The notes under the pieces are model-generated. The model was not told the origin of the DNA, did no database searches, and saw only the letters and a program-made list of their open reading frames with translations. Below, piece by piece: positions 25,803 to 35,046 of a stretch of 64,000 bases of DNA. Position 1 is the first letter of the stretch. Each line of letters begins with the position of its first letter. This DNA is from Candidatus Aceula lacicola (GTDB lineage Bacteria; Omnitrophota; Gorgyraeia; Zapsychrales; Aceulaceae): positions 5,787 through 69,786 of the forward strand of contig JAVCCC010000032.1 in assembly GCA_030765785.1 (NCBI GenBank). Reading direction: 5' to 3'. The position numbers and the translations under genes are program-made.

Positions 25803-26540
25803 ATGATGAGTATTGTTATTCATTTTTTAGGGGTTTTTGTTCTTATGGCTTTTTGGGCAGCTGTTTTGTCTTTTGTTCCAATCACTTTTTATCTTCTTGC
25901 AAAAAATCCACCAATTCAAAAAATTGATCGAACTCGTTCAAAAATGATTTTTATTTTAAATCAAGAATCGTATCTTAAAAAAGCTCGAAAATTACGAATA
26001 AAGACAATTTTGCTTACTTATACACTTTCTTTAACGATCCTTTTTGGTGTACATTCTTTTAATTTAAGATCTCATGGCACAGGAATTGGTCCATTTGATA
26101 TTTTGTCAGCTTTGTCTATTGTTTTCTTCGGGTTTTCAATTTTTTCCTATGTGCCAATTTCAGTTTATTTGGCGCTGCGGAATCCTTGGAAAGATAAAGA
26201 TGAAGGAGTCTGTTTAACTAAAATATATATTAGCTATGGTGTGGCGATTTTGTGTTTTTCAATCGCTTTTGCTTTATTTTGGCTAAAAAAACATAGCATC
26301 TCTTTCGGACTATTTCAGATCGTAGCTCCCTTAGGCTACATGCTTCTTTCCTCTGTTTTTGTGGCGTATTTGCCAATTCTTTTGTATATTTCTTTACGTA
26401 TTGGAAATATTTCTCGTCAGAAGAAAATACATCCAAATATAATTTTTATTATTTACAGTCTTAGTTTTTTATTATCTTCTGCGGTATATGTTGCTTCTTG
26501 GATCAAGTCTCGAGGAGCAGGGTTAGAGAATCTTTTTTAA
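25803..26540 (+). CDS. Hypothetical multi-pass membrane protein with three internal repeats
   Basis: About 6 hydrophobic segments; FVPITFYLLAKNP / YVPISVYLALRNP / YLPILLYISLRIG; AGGAGA RBS before the ATG at 25803. Confidence 0.7.
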   Translation: MMSIVIHFLGVFVLMAFWAAVLSFVPITFYLLAKNPPIQKIDRTRSKMIFILNQESYLKKARKLRIKTILLTYTLSLTILFGVHSFNLRSHGTGIGPFDILSALSIVFFGFSIFSYVPISVYLALRNPWKDKDEGVCLTKIYISYGVAILCFSIAFALFWLKKHSISFGLFQIVAPLGYMLLSSVFVAYLPILLYISLRIGNISRQKKIHPNIIFIIYSLSFLLSSAVYVASWIKSRGAGLENLF

Positions 26541-26553
26541 AAAGGAGAAAACA

Positions 26554-27798
26554 ATGTTAAAAAAAAGAATTTATTTTGGAATTTTTAAAGTGGTGGCAGT
26601 ATTTTTATTTTTTGCGATTGCTCTATTTTTTGTCGCGGCTAATGTGTCTGCACAGGATAAGTCTGATATTGATCTTTTCGTCAAAGGAAATAATCGTTTT
26701 GCTTTGAATCTTTACGGGGAACTTAAAAGCGATGAAGGAAATTTGTTCCTCTCACCTTATAGCATTTCAACAGCGCTTGCCATGACATTTGAAGGGGCTG
26801 CTGGGGAAACCCAAAGGCAAATGGCTGATGTTTTGCATTTTGATATGTCGAAAAATCGGGTAGGGCGAGCATTTCTTTATTTAGCGCAAGGTTTATCAGC
26901 CTCGGCAAATTCAGATGGATACGAGCTTAATATTGCGAATGCGCTTTGGGGAGAAAAAACCTATACGTTTTTACCAGAGTTTCTTAATCAAACAAAGGAA
27001 TTTTATGGTGGAGCGCTTCGTAATCTTGATTTTTTAAATGAAACGGAGAAGTCACGTCAGATAATTAATGCTTGGGTTGAAGAGAAAACAAAAAATAAGA
27101 TTAAGAATCTCATCGGACCAGGAGTGCTTAGTCCTGCAACAAGACTTGTTTTGACTAACGCTATTTATTTTAAGGGAGATTGGATGACTCCTTTTAAGAA
27201 TTCAGATACATTTGACAGACTGTTTTATTTTTTATCAGGCGAGAGTGCCTCTGTGCCAACAATGAATCAAATGGCACATTTTAATTATGCAGAGGATGGA
27301 GATGTTCAAGTTTTGGAAATGCCGTATAAGGGAAATCGTCTTTCTATGGTGATTATTTTATCGAAGGAAAGAGATGGCATCAGTGCATTAGAGCAGAAGT
27401 TGACTGGTCAGAATTTAGCAAAATGGATTTCGAGTCTGAAATCGCAAGATGTGAATGTTTCTTTGCCAAAGTTTGAGGCAACAGTTGAATTTTCTTTAGC
27501 GAAGACTTTAGAGGGAATGGGCATGAGAGATGCGTTCTTACCTGTAGCCGATTTTTCTGGTATGAGTGGGAATAAAGATCTTTTCATTAGCGATGTGATT
27601 CATAAAGCATTTGTTAAAGTTGATGAAAAAGGCACAGAGGCAGCAGCAGCAACGGCTGTTGTAATGACTTTTAAGGGAGTGATGATGCCGCAGGAAACAA
27701 AGAAATTTACAGCAGATCATTCTTTTATTTTTATGATTCGAGACATGCAAACTAAAAGTATTCTATTTATTGGTCGCATTATGGATCCGAGGAGCTAA
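26554..27798 (+). CDS. Secreted serpin (serine protease inhibitor), copy 1
   Basis: Signal peptide; NLFLSPYSISTALAM, INAWVEEKT, LVLTNAIYFKGDW, hinge EKGTEAAAAT, ILFIGR. Confidence 0.95.
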   Translation: MLKKRIYFGIFKVVAVFLFFAIALFFVAANVSAQDKSDIDLFVKGNNRFALNLYGELKSDEGNLFLSPYSISTALAMTFEGAAGETQRQMADVLHFDMSKNRVGRAFLYLAQGLSASANSDGYELNIANALWGEKTYTFLPEFLNQTKEFYGGALRNLDFLNETEKSRQIINAWVEEKTKNKIKNLIGPGVLSPATRLVLTNAIYFKGDWMTPFKNSDTFDRLFYFLSGESASVPTMNQMAHFNYAEDGDVQVLEMPYKGNRLSMVIILSKERDGISALEQKLTGQNLAKWISSLKSQDVNVSLPKFEATVEFSLAKTLEGMGMRDAFLPVADFSGMSGNKDLFISDVIHKAFVKVDEKGTEAAAATAVVMTFKGVMMPQETKKFTADHSFIFMIRDMQTKSILFIGRIMDPRS

Positions 27799-27811
27799 AA
27801 AGGAGAGGACA

Positions 27812-29053
27812 ATGTTAAGAAAGACAATTTATTTCTTTGTATTTAGAAAATTTGCAGCATTTTTATTTTTTACGATTGCTTTATTCTTTGTCGCGGCTAA
27901 TGTGTCTGCACAGGATAAGCTGGATATTGATCTTCTCGTTAAAGGTAATAATCGTTTTGCTTTGAATCTTTATGGAGAGCTTAAAAGTGATGAAGGAAAT
28001 TTGTTTTTTTCACCTTATAGCATTTCAACAGCATTGGCTATGACATTTCAAGGCACTGAAGGCCAGACACAAAGAGAGATGGCTGATGTTTTGCATTTTG
28101 ATATGTCGAAAAATAGGGTAGGGCGAGCATTTCTTTATTTAGCGCAAGGTTTATCAGCCTCGGCAAATTCAGATGGATACGAGCTTAATATTGCCAATGC
28201 GCTTTGGGGAGAAAAAACCTATACGTTTTTACCAGAGTTTCTTAATCAAACAAAAAAGTTTTATGATGGCGGGCTTCATTCAGTTGATCTTATAAATGAA
28301 CCTGAGAAAACACGTCAGGTAATCAATGCTTGGGTTGAGGAAAAAACAAAGAATAAAATTAAGGATCTTATTGGACCAGGGGTGCTTAGCTCTACAACAA
28401 GACTTGTTTTGACTAACGCTATTTATTTTAAGGGAGATTGGATGACTCCTTTTAAGAATTCAGATACATTTGACAGACTGTTTTATTTTTTATCAGGTGA
28501 TAACGCCCCTGTGTCAACAATGAACCAGACGGTACATTTTAATTATACAGAAGATGATGATGTCCAAGTTTTGGAAATGCCTTATAAAGGAGATCGCCTT
28601 TCTATGATGATTCTTTTGCCAAAGAAAAGAAATGGCATAAACGCATTAGAGCAGAAATTAACTGTCCAAAAAATAGAAAATTGGATTTCAAACCTAATCT
28701 TTCAGGAAGCAGATGTTTCTTTGCCAAAGTTTGAGACAACAGTTGAATTCTCATTAGCAGATATTTTGGAAAGAATGGGTATGAGAGATGCTTTCTCGGG
28801 TGCAGCTGATTTTTCAGGAATGACAGAAAACAAGGATCTTTTTATTGGTGCTGTTATTCACAAAGCATTTGTTAAGGTTGACGAAAAAGGAACAGAGGCA
28901 GCAGCAGCAACAGCAGTTGTGATGGAAAATTTGGCTATAATGCCACAAGATATTAAAAAATTTAACGCAGACCATCCATTTATCTTTATAATTCGAGATA
29001 TGCAAACTAAAAGTATTTTATTTATTGGTCGCATTATGGATCCGAGGAGTTAA
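27812..29053 (+). CDS. Secreted serpin, copy 2 (tandem paralog)
   Basis: Same motifs as copy 1; AGGAGAGG RBS before the ATG at 27812; ADHPFIF. Confidence 0.95.
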   Translation: MLRKTIYFFVFRKFAAFLFFTIALFFVAANVSAQDKLDIDLLVKGNNRFALNLYGELKSDEGNLFFSPYSISTALAMTFQGTEGQTQREMADVLHFDMSKNRVGRAFLYLAQGLSASANSDGYELNIANALWGEKTYTFLPEFLNQTKKFYDGGLHSVDLINEPEKTRQVINAWVEEKTKNKIKDLIGPGVLSSTTRLVLTNAIYFKGDWMTPFKNSDTFDRLFYFLSGDNAPVSTMNQTVHFNYTEDDDVQVLEMPYKGDRLSMMILLPKKRNGINALEQKLTVQKIENWISNLIFQEADVSLPKFETTVEFSLADILERMGMRDAFSGAADFSGMTENKDLFIGAVIHKAFVKVDEKGTEAAAATAVVMENLAIMPQDIKKFNADHPFIFIIRDMQTKSILFIGRIMDPRS

Positions 29054-29057
29054 GAAA

Positions 29058-29279
29058 ATGAGCAAAATTAATGAATTAATTGAATGGGATTTCTTAGGTT
29101 CACATTGTAGCCTTTATATAAAGCATTTTGTCGATGAAGAGGGAAAGAAGGGCGTGACCATGATTTTTGAAGATGTAACCAAGGAAAAAGTAACTGAAAT
29201 TGTGATTCCAGCGCGAAAATATCCAACATTTTTACGTATCATCAATGATGGCAATCGGTATTCAAATAGCATCATTTAG
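29058..29279 (+). CDS. Small hypothetical protein (73 aa)
   Basis: GAGGAG RBS before the ATG at 29058; fills the gap after serpin 2; no recognisable motif. Confidence 0.55.
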   Translation: MSKINELIEWDFLGSHCSLYIKHFVDEEGKKGVTMIFEDVTKEKVTEIVIPARKYPTFLRIINDGNRYSNSII

Positions 29280-29305
29280 TAGTTTTAATATTGACCTTTA
29301 TTTCT

Positions 29306-29334
29306 TTGACGCTTTTGGGAAACTATGCTAAAAT
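29306..29334 (+). promoter_or_regulatory. sigma70 promoter for the heptose/Kdo operon
   Basis: TTGACG-17 bp-TAAAAT with an extended -10 TG. Confidence 0.7.
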
Positions 29335-29400
29335 CCTTCGTTTAGAAGAGCTCCATATGTATATCTATTATTAATTATAAAAATTAGGAATTTTCATAAC

Positions 29401-30435
29401 ATGAATGATTTCAACAAGATTATTGCGTGCTTTAAGGGTAAAAAGATACTCGTTGTGGGAGACGTGATCCTGGATCAGTATATTACGGGTAGTGTTTCTC
29501 GTATTTCTCCTGAAGCGCCAGTTCCAGTTGTTAAACAAGAAGGACAGCCTCATTATACGCCAGGTGGGTCAGCTAATGTGGCGAATAATTTAAGCGCTTT
29601 AGGAGCGAAGGTTTTTTTGGTTGGTCGAGTTGGCCAGGACAGAGAAGAAAAGATTCTTAAAAAAGAGCTTAGAAAGCGCAAGATTGATGTTACAGGGCTT
29701 TTTGTAAACAAGAATGTTCCTACGGCCATTAAAACTCGGATTATTGCCCAGCATCAGCAGCTTGTTCGTGTTGATCGAGAGGATACATCTGTGCATAGCG
29801 CTGATGGCGTTGCAAATAAAATTCTTCATTTTATTGAAAAGAAAATTAAAAATATAGACGCTGTTATTATTTCAGATTATGGTAAAGGCGTGGTTACAAA
29901 GCCGCTTGTGACTAAGCTTTGTGCGCTTGCTCGTCAAAATAAGAAAGTGATTACGGTTGATCCAAAGGTTGAACATTTTAATTTTTACAATAAAGTGACA
30001 TGTATTACGCCGAATAAAAAAGAAGCAGAAAATGCAATCCGCGATATTATTATTTCTCACCATAAAGGGCGAGCTCTTAAAATTAAAGACGATAAGCTTA
30101 TAAGTTTAAAAGATGTTAGAAAAGCAGGCTCTGAGATTTTATCTCATTTAAGTCTTGAATCGCTTTTAATTACTCTTGGTGAAGAGGGTATGTATTTGTT
30201 TGAAAAAGGTAAAGAGCCATTTTTAATTCCAACGAAAGCTAAGGAAGTTTTTGATGTTTCAGGTGCAGGGGATACGGTTATTTCAGTTTTAACATTAAGC
30301 TTAACGGCAGGTGCGACTAAACAGCAAGCGGCACTTTTAGCAAATTATGCTGCAGGCGTTGTTGTTGGAAAAACAGGTGCCGTTGCTATTAAGCCTAAAG
30401 AAATTTTAGACGTTATTGATGAGGCAAATCAATGA
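29401..30435 (+). CDS. rfaE1: D-glycero-beta-D-manno-heptose-7-phosphate kinase
   Basis: GDVILDQY..RISPEAPVPV, ISDYGKG, VFDVSGAGDTV; no adenylyltransferase domain. Confidence 0.92.
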   Translation: MNDFNKIIACFKGKKILVVGDVILDQYITGSVSRISPEAPVPVVKQEGQPHYTPGGSANVANNLSALGAKVFLVGRVGQDREEKILKKELRKRKIDVTGLFVNKNVPTAIKTRIIAQHQQLVRVDREDTSVHSADGVANKILHFIEKKIKNIDAVIISDYGKGVVTKPLVTKLCALARQNKKVITVDPKVEHFNFYNKVTCITPNKKEAENAIRDIIISHHKGRALKIKDDKLISLKDVRKAGSEILSHLSLESLLITLGEEGMYLFEKGKEPFLIPTKAKEVFDVSGAGDTVISVLTLSLTAGATKQQAALLANYAAGVVVGKTGAVAIKPKEILDVIDEANQ

Positions 30436-31166
30436 GATCAATTGGAGTGATTCCTGCTCGATATGGATCAACAAGACTAAAAGGGAAGGTGTTGGCTGAT
30501 ATTTTTGGTAAACCTTTGATTCAGCATGTTTGGGAGCGGGCGAAGAAATCTAAGTTGCTGGATGATCTCATTATTGCTGCTGATGACGAGCGTGTAAGCC
30601 AAGTGTGCGAAGGATTTGGCGCTAAAGTTGTGATGACAGATAAAGAATGTGCATCCGGCTCTGATCGAATTGCGCAAGCCGTTAAAAATATAGATGCAGG
30701 CATTGTGATTAATATTCAAGGTGATGAGCCAATGCTAGACGCATCGATTATCGATGGACTTGTTGATGTTCTTAAAAAAGATAAAGATGTGCAGATGTCG
30801 ACGGCTGTTGTGAAAATGAGAAAATCAAAGGACGCACAAGATTCTAATGTGGTTAAAGCTATTGTTGATCGAAAAGGGTATGCGATTTATTTTTCTCGAT
30901 CACCTATTCCATTTGATCGGGAGGGCAAGGGTGCTCAGTATTTTAAGCATTTGGGATTCTATGGATATCGAAAAAGTTTCTTACTTGGATTTAAGGATCT
31001 TCCACCATCTGTCTTAGAGCAAGCTGAAAAGCTTGAGCAGCTTCGTGTTATCGAAGCTGGATATAAAATTAAAGTGATTGAGACAGAATTTGATACGATC
31101 GCTGTTGATACAAAAGAAGATTTGAGTAAAGTTAAAAAAGCTCTCAAGAAGAGTGGAGGTAAATAA
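30432..31166 (+). CDS. kdsB: 3-deoxy-manno-octulosonate cytidylyltransferase
   Basis: IPARYGSTRL, NIQGDEP, YFSRSPIP, LEQAEKLEQLR. Confidence 0.96.
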   Translation: MRSIGVIPARYGSTRLKGKVLADIFGKPLIQHVWERAKKSKLLDDLIIAADDERVSQVCEGFGAKVVMTDKECASGSDRIAQAVKNIDAGIVINIQGDEPMLDASIIDGLVDVLKKDKDVQMSTAVVKMRKSKDAQDSNVVKAIVDRKGYAIYFSRSPIPFDREGKGAQYFKHLGFYGYRKSFLLGFKDLPPSVLEQAEKLEQLRVIEAGYKIKVIETEFDTIAVDTKEDLSKVKKALKKSGGK

Positions 31167-31169
31167 TTT

Positions 31170-31991
31170 ATGTCTAAGATTATTAAAGTTGGAAATATTT
31201 CTATTGGCGGTAAAAATCCGTTTGTTTTAATTGCAGGACCATGCGTTATCGAAGGGCGTACATTTTCTATTCAATTAGCAAAAGCGCTAAAGAAGCTTGC
31301 CTGTGAATGTAAGGTTCCATTTATTTTTAAAGCAAGTTTTGATAAAGCTAATCGAACATCTATTAATTCTTTTCGAGGACCAGGGCTTAATAAAGGGTTG
31401 GCCATTCTTAAAGATATTAAAGAAAATGTCGGTGTTCCTGTCTTAAGTGATATTCATAATGTTGATCAGGTTCAAGAAGCAGCCAAGGTTTTAGATGTTA
31501 TTCAGATACCAGCGTTTTTATGTCGACAGACAGATTTGGTCGTTGCCGCCGCAAAAACAAAGAGAGTGATCAACATTAAAAAAGGACAATTTTTAGCCCC
31601 TTGGGATATTACGCAAGTTATTAAAAAAATTGAATTTGTGGGAAATAAAAAGATTCTTTTAACTGAGCGTGGCGTAAGTTTCGGATACAATAATTTAGTG
31701 AGCGATTTTCGTTCACTCAATGTGATGGCAAAAACAGGTTATCCTGTTGTGTATGATGCAACTCATAGCGTTCAGCAGCCTGGCGGATTAGGTGCTGTCT
31801 CCGGCGGAAATAATGAATATGTGCCTTTGCTGTCTCGTTGCGCTGCCGCTGCAGGTATTTCTGCGCTCTTTGTTGAGGTGCATCCTCATCCAAAGCAAGC
31901 ATTGTCGGATGGACCAAATTCCTTGGCTCTAGCTAAATTAAAAGAACTTTTAAAGACATTAACGCAAATTGATCATATTATTAAAAAGTAG
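31170..31991 (+). CDS. kdsA: KDO-8-phosphate synthase
   Basis: AGPCVIE, FDKANRTS, QIPAFLCRQTDL, KKGQF, DATHSVQ, SDGP. Confidence 0.97.
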   Translation: MSKIIKVGNISIGGKNPFVLIAGPCVIEGRTFSIQLAKALKKLACECKVPFIFKASFDKANRTSINSFRGPGLNKGLAILKDIKENVGVPVLSDIHNVDQVQEAAKVLDVIQIPAFLCRQTDLVVAAAKTKRVINIKKGQFLAPWDITQVIKKIEFVGNKKILLTERGVSFGYNNLVSDFRSLNVMAKTGYPVVYDATHSVQQPGGLGAVSGGNNEYVPLLSRCAAAAGISALFVEVHPHPKQALSDGPNSLALAKLKELLKTLTQIDHIIKK

Positions 31992-32000
31992 GGTGAAAAA

Positions 32001-32960
32001 ATGGTTTTAAAACGCGCAAAATCAGTATTAGATATCGAAGCTCAATCCATTAAAGATTTAAAAAAGAATCTTGGAAAAGATTTTATTAAGGCAATTGATT
32101 TACTTGCAAGTTGTAAAGGGCGTGTTGTAGTTTCTGGTATGGGAAAAACAGGTCTTATTGGGCGAAAGATTGCAGCTACAATGTCTTCGACAGGAACTCC
32201 AAGCACATGGTTACATGCTGCTGAAGCGCTGCATGGAGACTTAGGGCAAGTGACAAAGCAGGATGTTGTTATTTTAATTTCACATAGTGGAGAAACAGAA
32301 GAGACGAAGAGACTTATTCCGTTGATTAAGAGAATTAAAATAAAATCAATTGCTTTAACAGGTAATTCTCAATCATCGTTAGGAAGATATTGCGATGTTA
32401 CGCTCAACGTTGGTGTCAAGAAAGAGGGTTGTCCTCTCGGGTTGGCGCCGATGGCATCAACAACAGTAACGCTTGCTATGGGTGATGCTTTAGCTGCTTG
32501 TCTAATTGATCGTAAAGGATTTAAAAAAGAAAATTTTGCATTTTTTCATCCCGGAGGTTCTTTGGGACGTAATTTGCTTTTAAGAGTAGAAGATATTATG
32601 CGTACTGGCAAGTATTATTCGATTGCGAAACCTGACGCAAAAGTAAAAGATGTCCTTTTGGCAATCACAAGAGCTCGATGTGGATCAGCTTGCATTGTCG
32701 ACAACAAGGGAAAGCTGAGAGGGATTTTTACAGACGGTGATTTAAGACGACATTTAAAAAGTGATGCGAATCTTTTGAATGCGCAAATTAAAAATGTCAT
32801 GACAAAGAGCCCAACAACTGTAAGTAAAGATCAGCTTGCGGCAGAAGCAATGCGGACATTGCAGGAAAAGTGCATTGATGAGGCGCCAGTTATTGATCGT
32901 AAAGGAAAATCAGTTGGACTTTTAGATGTTCAAGATTTATTGAAAGCAGGCATTGTTTAA
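32001..32960 (+). CDS. kdsD: Arabinose-5-phosphate isomerase (KpsF/GutQ family)
   Basis: SIS domain (GMGKTG, EALHGDLG, HPGGSLG) plus a CBS pair (GIFTDGDLRR). Confidence 0.93.
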   Translation: MVLKRAKSVLDIEAQSIKDLKKNLGKDFIKAIDLLASCKGRVVVSGMGKTGLIGRKIAATMSSTGTPSTWLHAAEALHGDLGQVTKQDVVILISHSGETEETKRLIPLIKRIKIKSIALTGNSQSSLGRYCDVTLNVGVKKEGCPLGLAPMASTTVTLAMGDALAACLIDRKGFKKENFAFFHPGGSLGRNLLLRVEDIMRTGKYYSIAKPDAKVKDVLLAITRARCGSACIVDNKGKLRGIFTDGDLRRHLKSDANLLNAQIKNVMTKSPTTVSKDQLAAEAMRTLQEKCIDEAPVIDRKGKSVGLLDVQDLLKAGIV

Positions 32961-32961
32961 G

Positions 32962-33492
32962 ATGGCAATATCAAAATTATTAAAAGAAAAGATTAAAAAG
33001 ATTAAAGTTCTCGTGATGGATGTCGATGGTGTTCTGACAGAGGGAAAATTGATTTTTGATGGACAGGCGAGAGAATTAAAAGCTTTTAATGTTCAAGATG
33101 GCTATGGAATCGTTATTTTGAAACGAGCAGGAATTAAAACAGTGATTATTACGGCTGGAAATTCGAAAGTTGTAAAAGTTAGAGCAGATTATTTACATAT
33201 TGATAAGCTTTATTCTGGCGCATATCCAAAGATTATTTCTTATGAGAAATTACTGAAATTTTTTAAGGTTAAGGATTCAGAAGTTTGTTTTGTTGGCGAT
33301 GATTTGACAGATTGTCAAATTCTAAAACGTGTTGGGCTTGCAATTTCTGTCAAGAATGCTGTTGCGGAAGTTAAAAGGATAACGGATTATACGACGAAAC
33401 GTTGTGGTGGTGATGGAGCGATTCGAGAAGTGATTGAGCTTCTTTTAAAGACGCAGGGCAAGTGGAATTCTTCTATTGCTCAAGATTTATAA
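32962..33492 (+). CDS. kdsC: KDO-8-phosphate phosphatase
   Basis: DVDGVLT, FNVQDG, VGDDLTD, GGDGAIRE. Confidence 0.93.
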   Translation: MAISKLLKEKIKKIKVLVMDVDGVLTEGKLIFDGQARELKAFNVQDGYGIVILKRAGIKTVIITAGNSKVVKVRADYLHIDKLYSGAYPKIISYEKLLKFFKVKDSEVCFVGDDLTDCQILKRVGLAISVKNAVAEVKRITDYTTKRCGGDGAIREVIELLLKTQGKWNSSIAQDL

Positions 33493-34290
33493 ATGAAAAA
33501 AAATACTTTTTTCTCTATTTTTATTTTTGTTGGTGTGTTATTTTGTGCTTCTTGCTTTGCTCAAGAGGGTGCGCAGGAATTTGAAGGGTTTGATTTAGTG
33601 GGTTATGGTGAAGGTGGCGAAAAGGCTTGGGATTTAAAAGGTGATACAGCGATAATTGAAGGCGATAATGTAAGCATTACAAATGTTGACGCAAATTCAT
33701 ATGGTAAAGAAAATATGAATGTTGTTGCAGAGGTTGGTAGGGTTGATAAAAAAAGTGGTAACATGCGCCTTGAAGACAATGTGGTGGTTACATCAGAGAC
33801 AGGCATGCAGCTGTTAACCGATTCTCTTGATTGGCAGAAGGATAAAGATTTGGTAACGACACAAGATGATGTGTTGATTTTGCGTGACAATATGAAAGCG
33901 ACTGGAAAAGGTGCGACAGCTCGTCCAGGCTTAAACGCTGCACAGCTTAATAAAGATGTTAAGGTTGAGTATGAGCCTGCTCCAGAAGATGGCATGGAAG
34001 GCACTGTTACGATTACGTGTGATGGTCCGATGGAAGTTGATTACGAGAATCAAACTGCTTTTTTTAGTGATAATGTTGTTGCGATTCAAAATGATCGCAA
34101 GATTGTTGCCGATCGAATGGAATTATTTTTTGATGGGGAAACAAAAAAGATTAAAGAAATGATTTGTATCGGCAATGTTTTGATTGTTCAGGGAGAGAAT
34201 ACTTCTTTTTCTGATCGAGCGATTTATAAGGCACAGGAACAAAAAATTGTTTTATCAGGTCGGCCAAAACTCCTTATGCACATAGAATAA
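33493..34290 (+). CDS. LptC-LptA-like fused LPS export protein
   Basis: N-terminal hydrophobic leader; two beta-jellyroll-like units (LLTDSLDW..; ITCDGPMEVD..GNVLIVQ..LSGRP); the only gene between kdsC and lptB. Confidence 0.75.
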   Translation: MKKNTFFSIFIFVGVLFCASCFAQEGAQEFEGFDLVGYGEGGEKAWDLKGDTAIIEGDNVSITNVDANSYGKENMNVVAEVGRVDKKSGNMRLEDNVVVTSETGMQLLTDSLDWQKDKDLVTTQDDVLILRDNMKATGKGATARPGLNAAQLNKDVKVEYEPAPEDGMEGTVTITCDGPMEVDYENQTAFFSDNVVAIQNDRKIVADRMELFFDGETKKIKEMICIGNVLIVQGENTSFSDRAIYKAQEQKIVLSGRPKLLMHIE

Positions 34291-34303
34291 GACGAGGACA
34301 GCG

Positions 34304-35026
34304 ATGTATCTTTTGGAAACTAAGAATTTAGTTAAGATTTACGGTGGACGTCGAGTTGTTGATGGGCTGAGCATCAGAGTTGGGCGCTCAGAGATTGTTG
34401 GACTTCTTGGTCCTAACGGAGCAGGAAAAACAACCACATTTTATATGACAGTTGGTATTATTAATCCTGATGAAGGTCAGGTTCTTTTTGACCAGGAAGA
34501 CATAACAAGAAAACCGATTCATGATCGTTGTCACTTAGGGATGGGATATTTAGCACAAGAGCCATCTATTTTTCGAAAACTTACTGTCGAAGAAAATATT
34601 ATGGTTATTTTAGAAACATTAAGAATTAGTCCTCGAGAACGAAGACGACGACTTAATAATCTTTTAGAAGAATTAAATATTGGGCATTTAGCAAAAAGTA
34701 AGGCTTTTACGCTTTCTGGTGGAGAGAGAAGGCGTCTTGAGATTACGAGAGCGCTTGTAACAAATCCGTCGTTTTTATTATTGGATGAACCATTTTCTGG
34801 CATTGATCCTATTGTTGTTGCGGAAGCGCAAGAAATAATTAAGGATTTAAGAAGTAGAGGTTTGGGGATTTTATTGACGGATCATAATGTCAGAGAAACA
34901 TTGTCGATTACAGATCGAGCGTATTTAATTGCGGATGGACGTGTTTTAATTTCTGGAACGGCTGATGATCTTGTTAATGATCCGAAGGCGAGACAGATTT
35001 ATTTGGGTGATAAGTTTAGGATGTAA
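34304..35026 (+). CDS. lptB: LPS export ABC transporter ATPase
   Basis: GPNGAGKTTTFY, LSGGERRRLEI, LDEPFSGIDP, TDHNVRETL. Confidence 0.97.
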   Translation: MYLLETKNLVKIYGGRRVVDGLSIRVGRSEIVGLLGPNGAGKTTTFYMTVGIINPDEGQVLFDQEDITRKPIHDRCHLGMGYLAQEPSIFRKLTVEENIMVILETLRISPRERRRRLNNLLEELNIGHLAKSKAFTLSGGERRRLEITRALVTNPSFLLLDEPFSGIDPIVVAEAQEIIKDLRSRGLGILLTDHNVRETLSITDRAYLIADGRVLISGTADDLVNDPKARQIYLGDKFRM

Positions 35027-35046
35027 CATTTTAAAAAAAAGGATAA

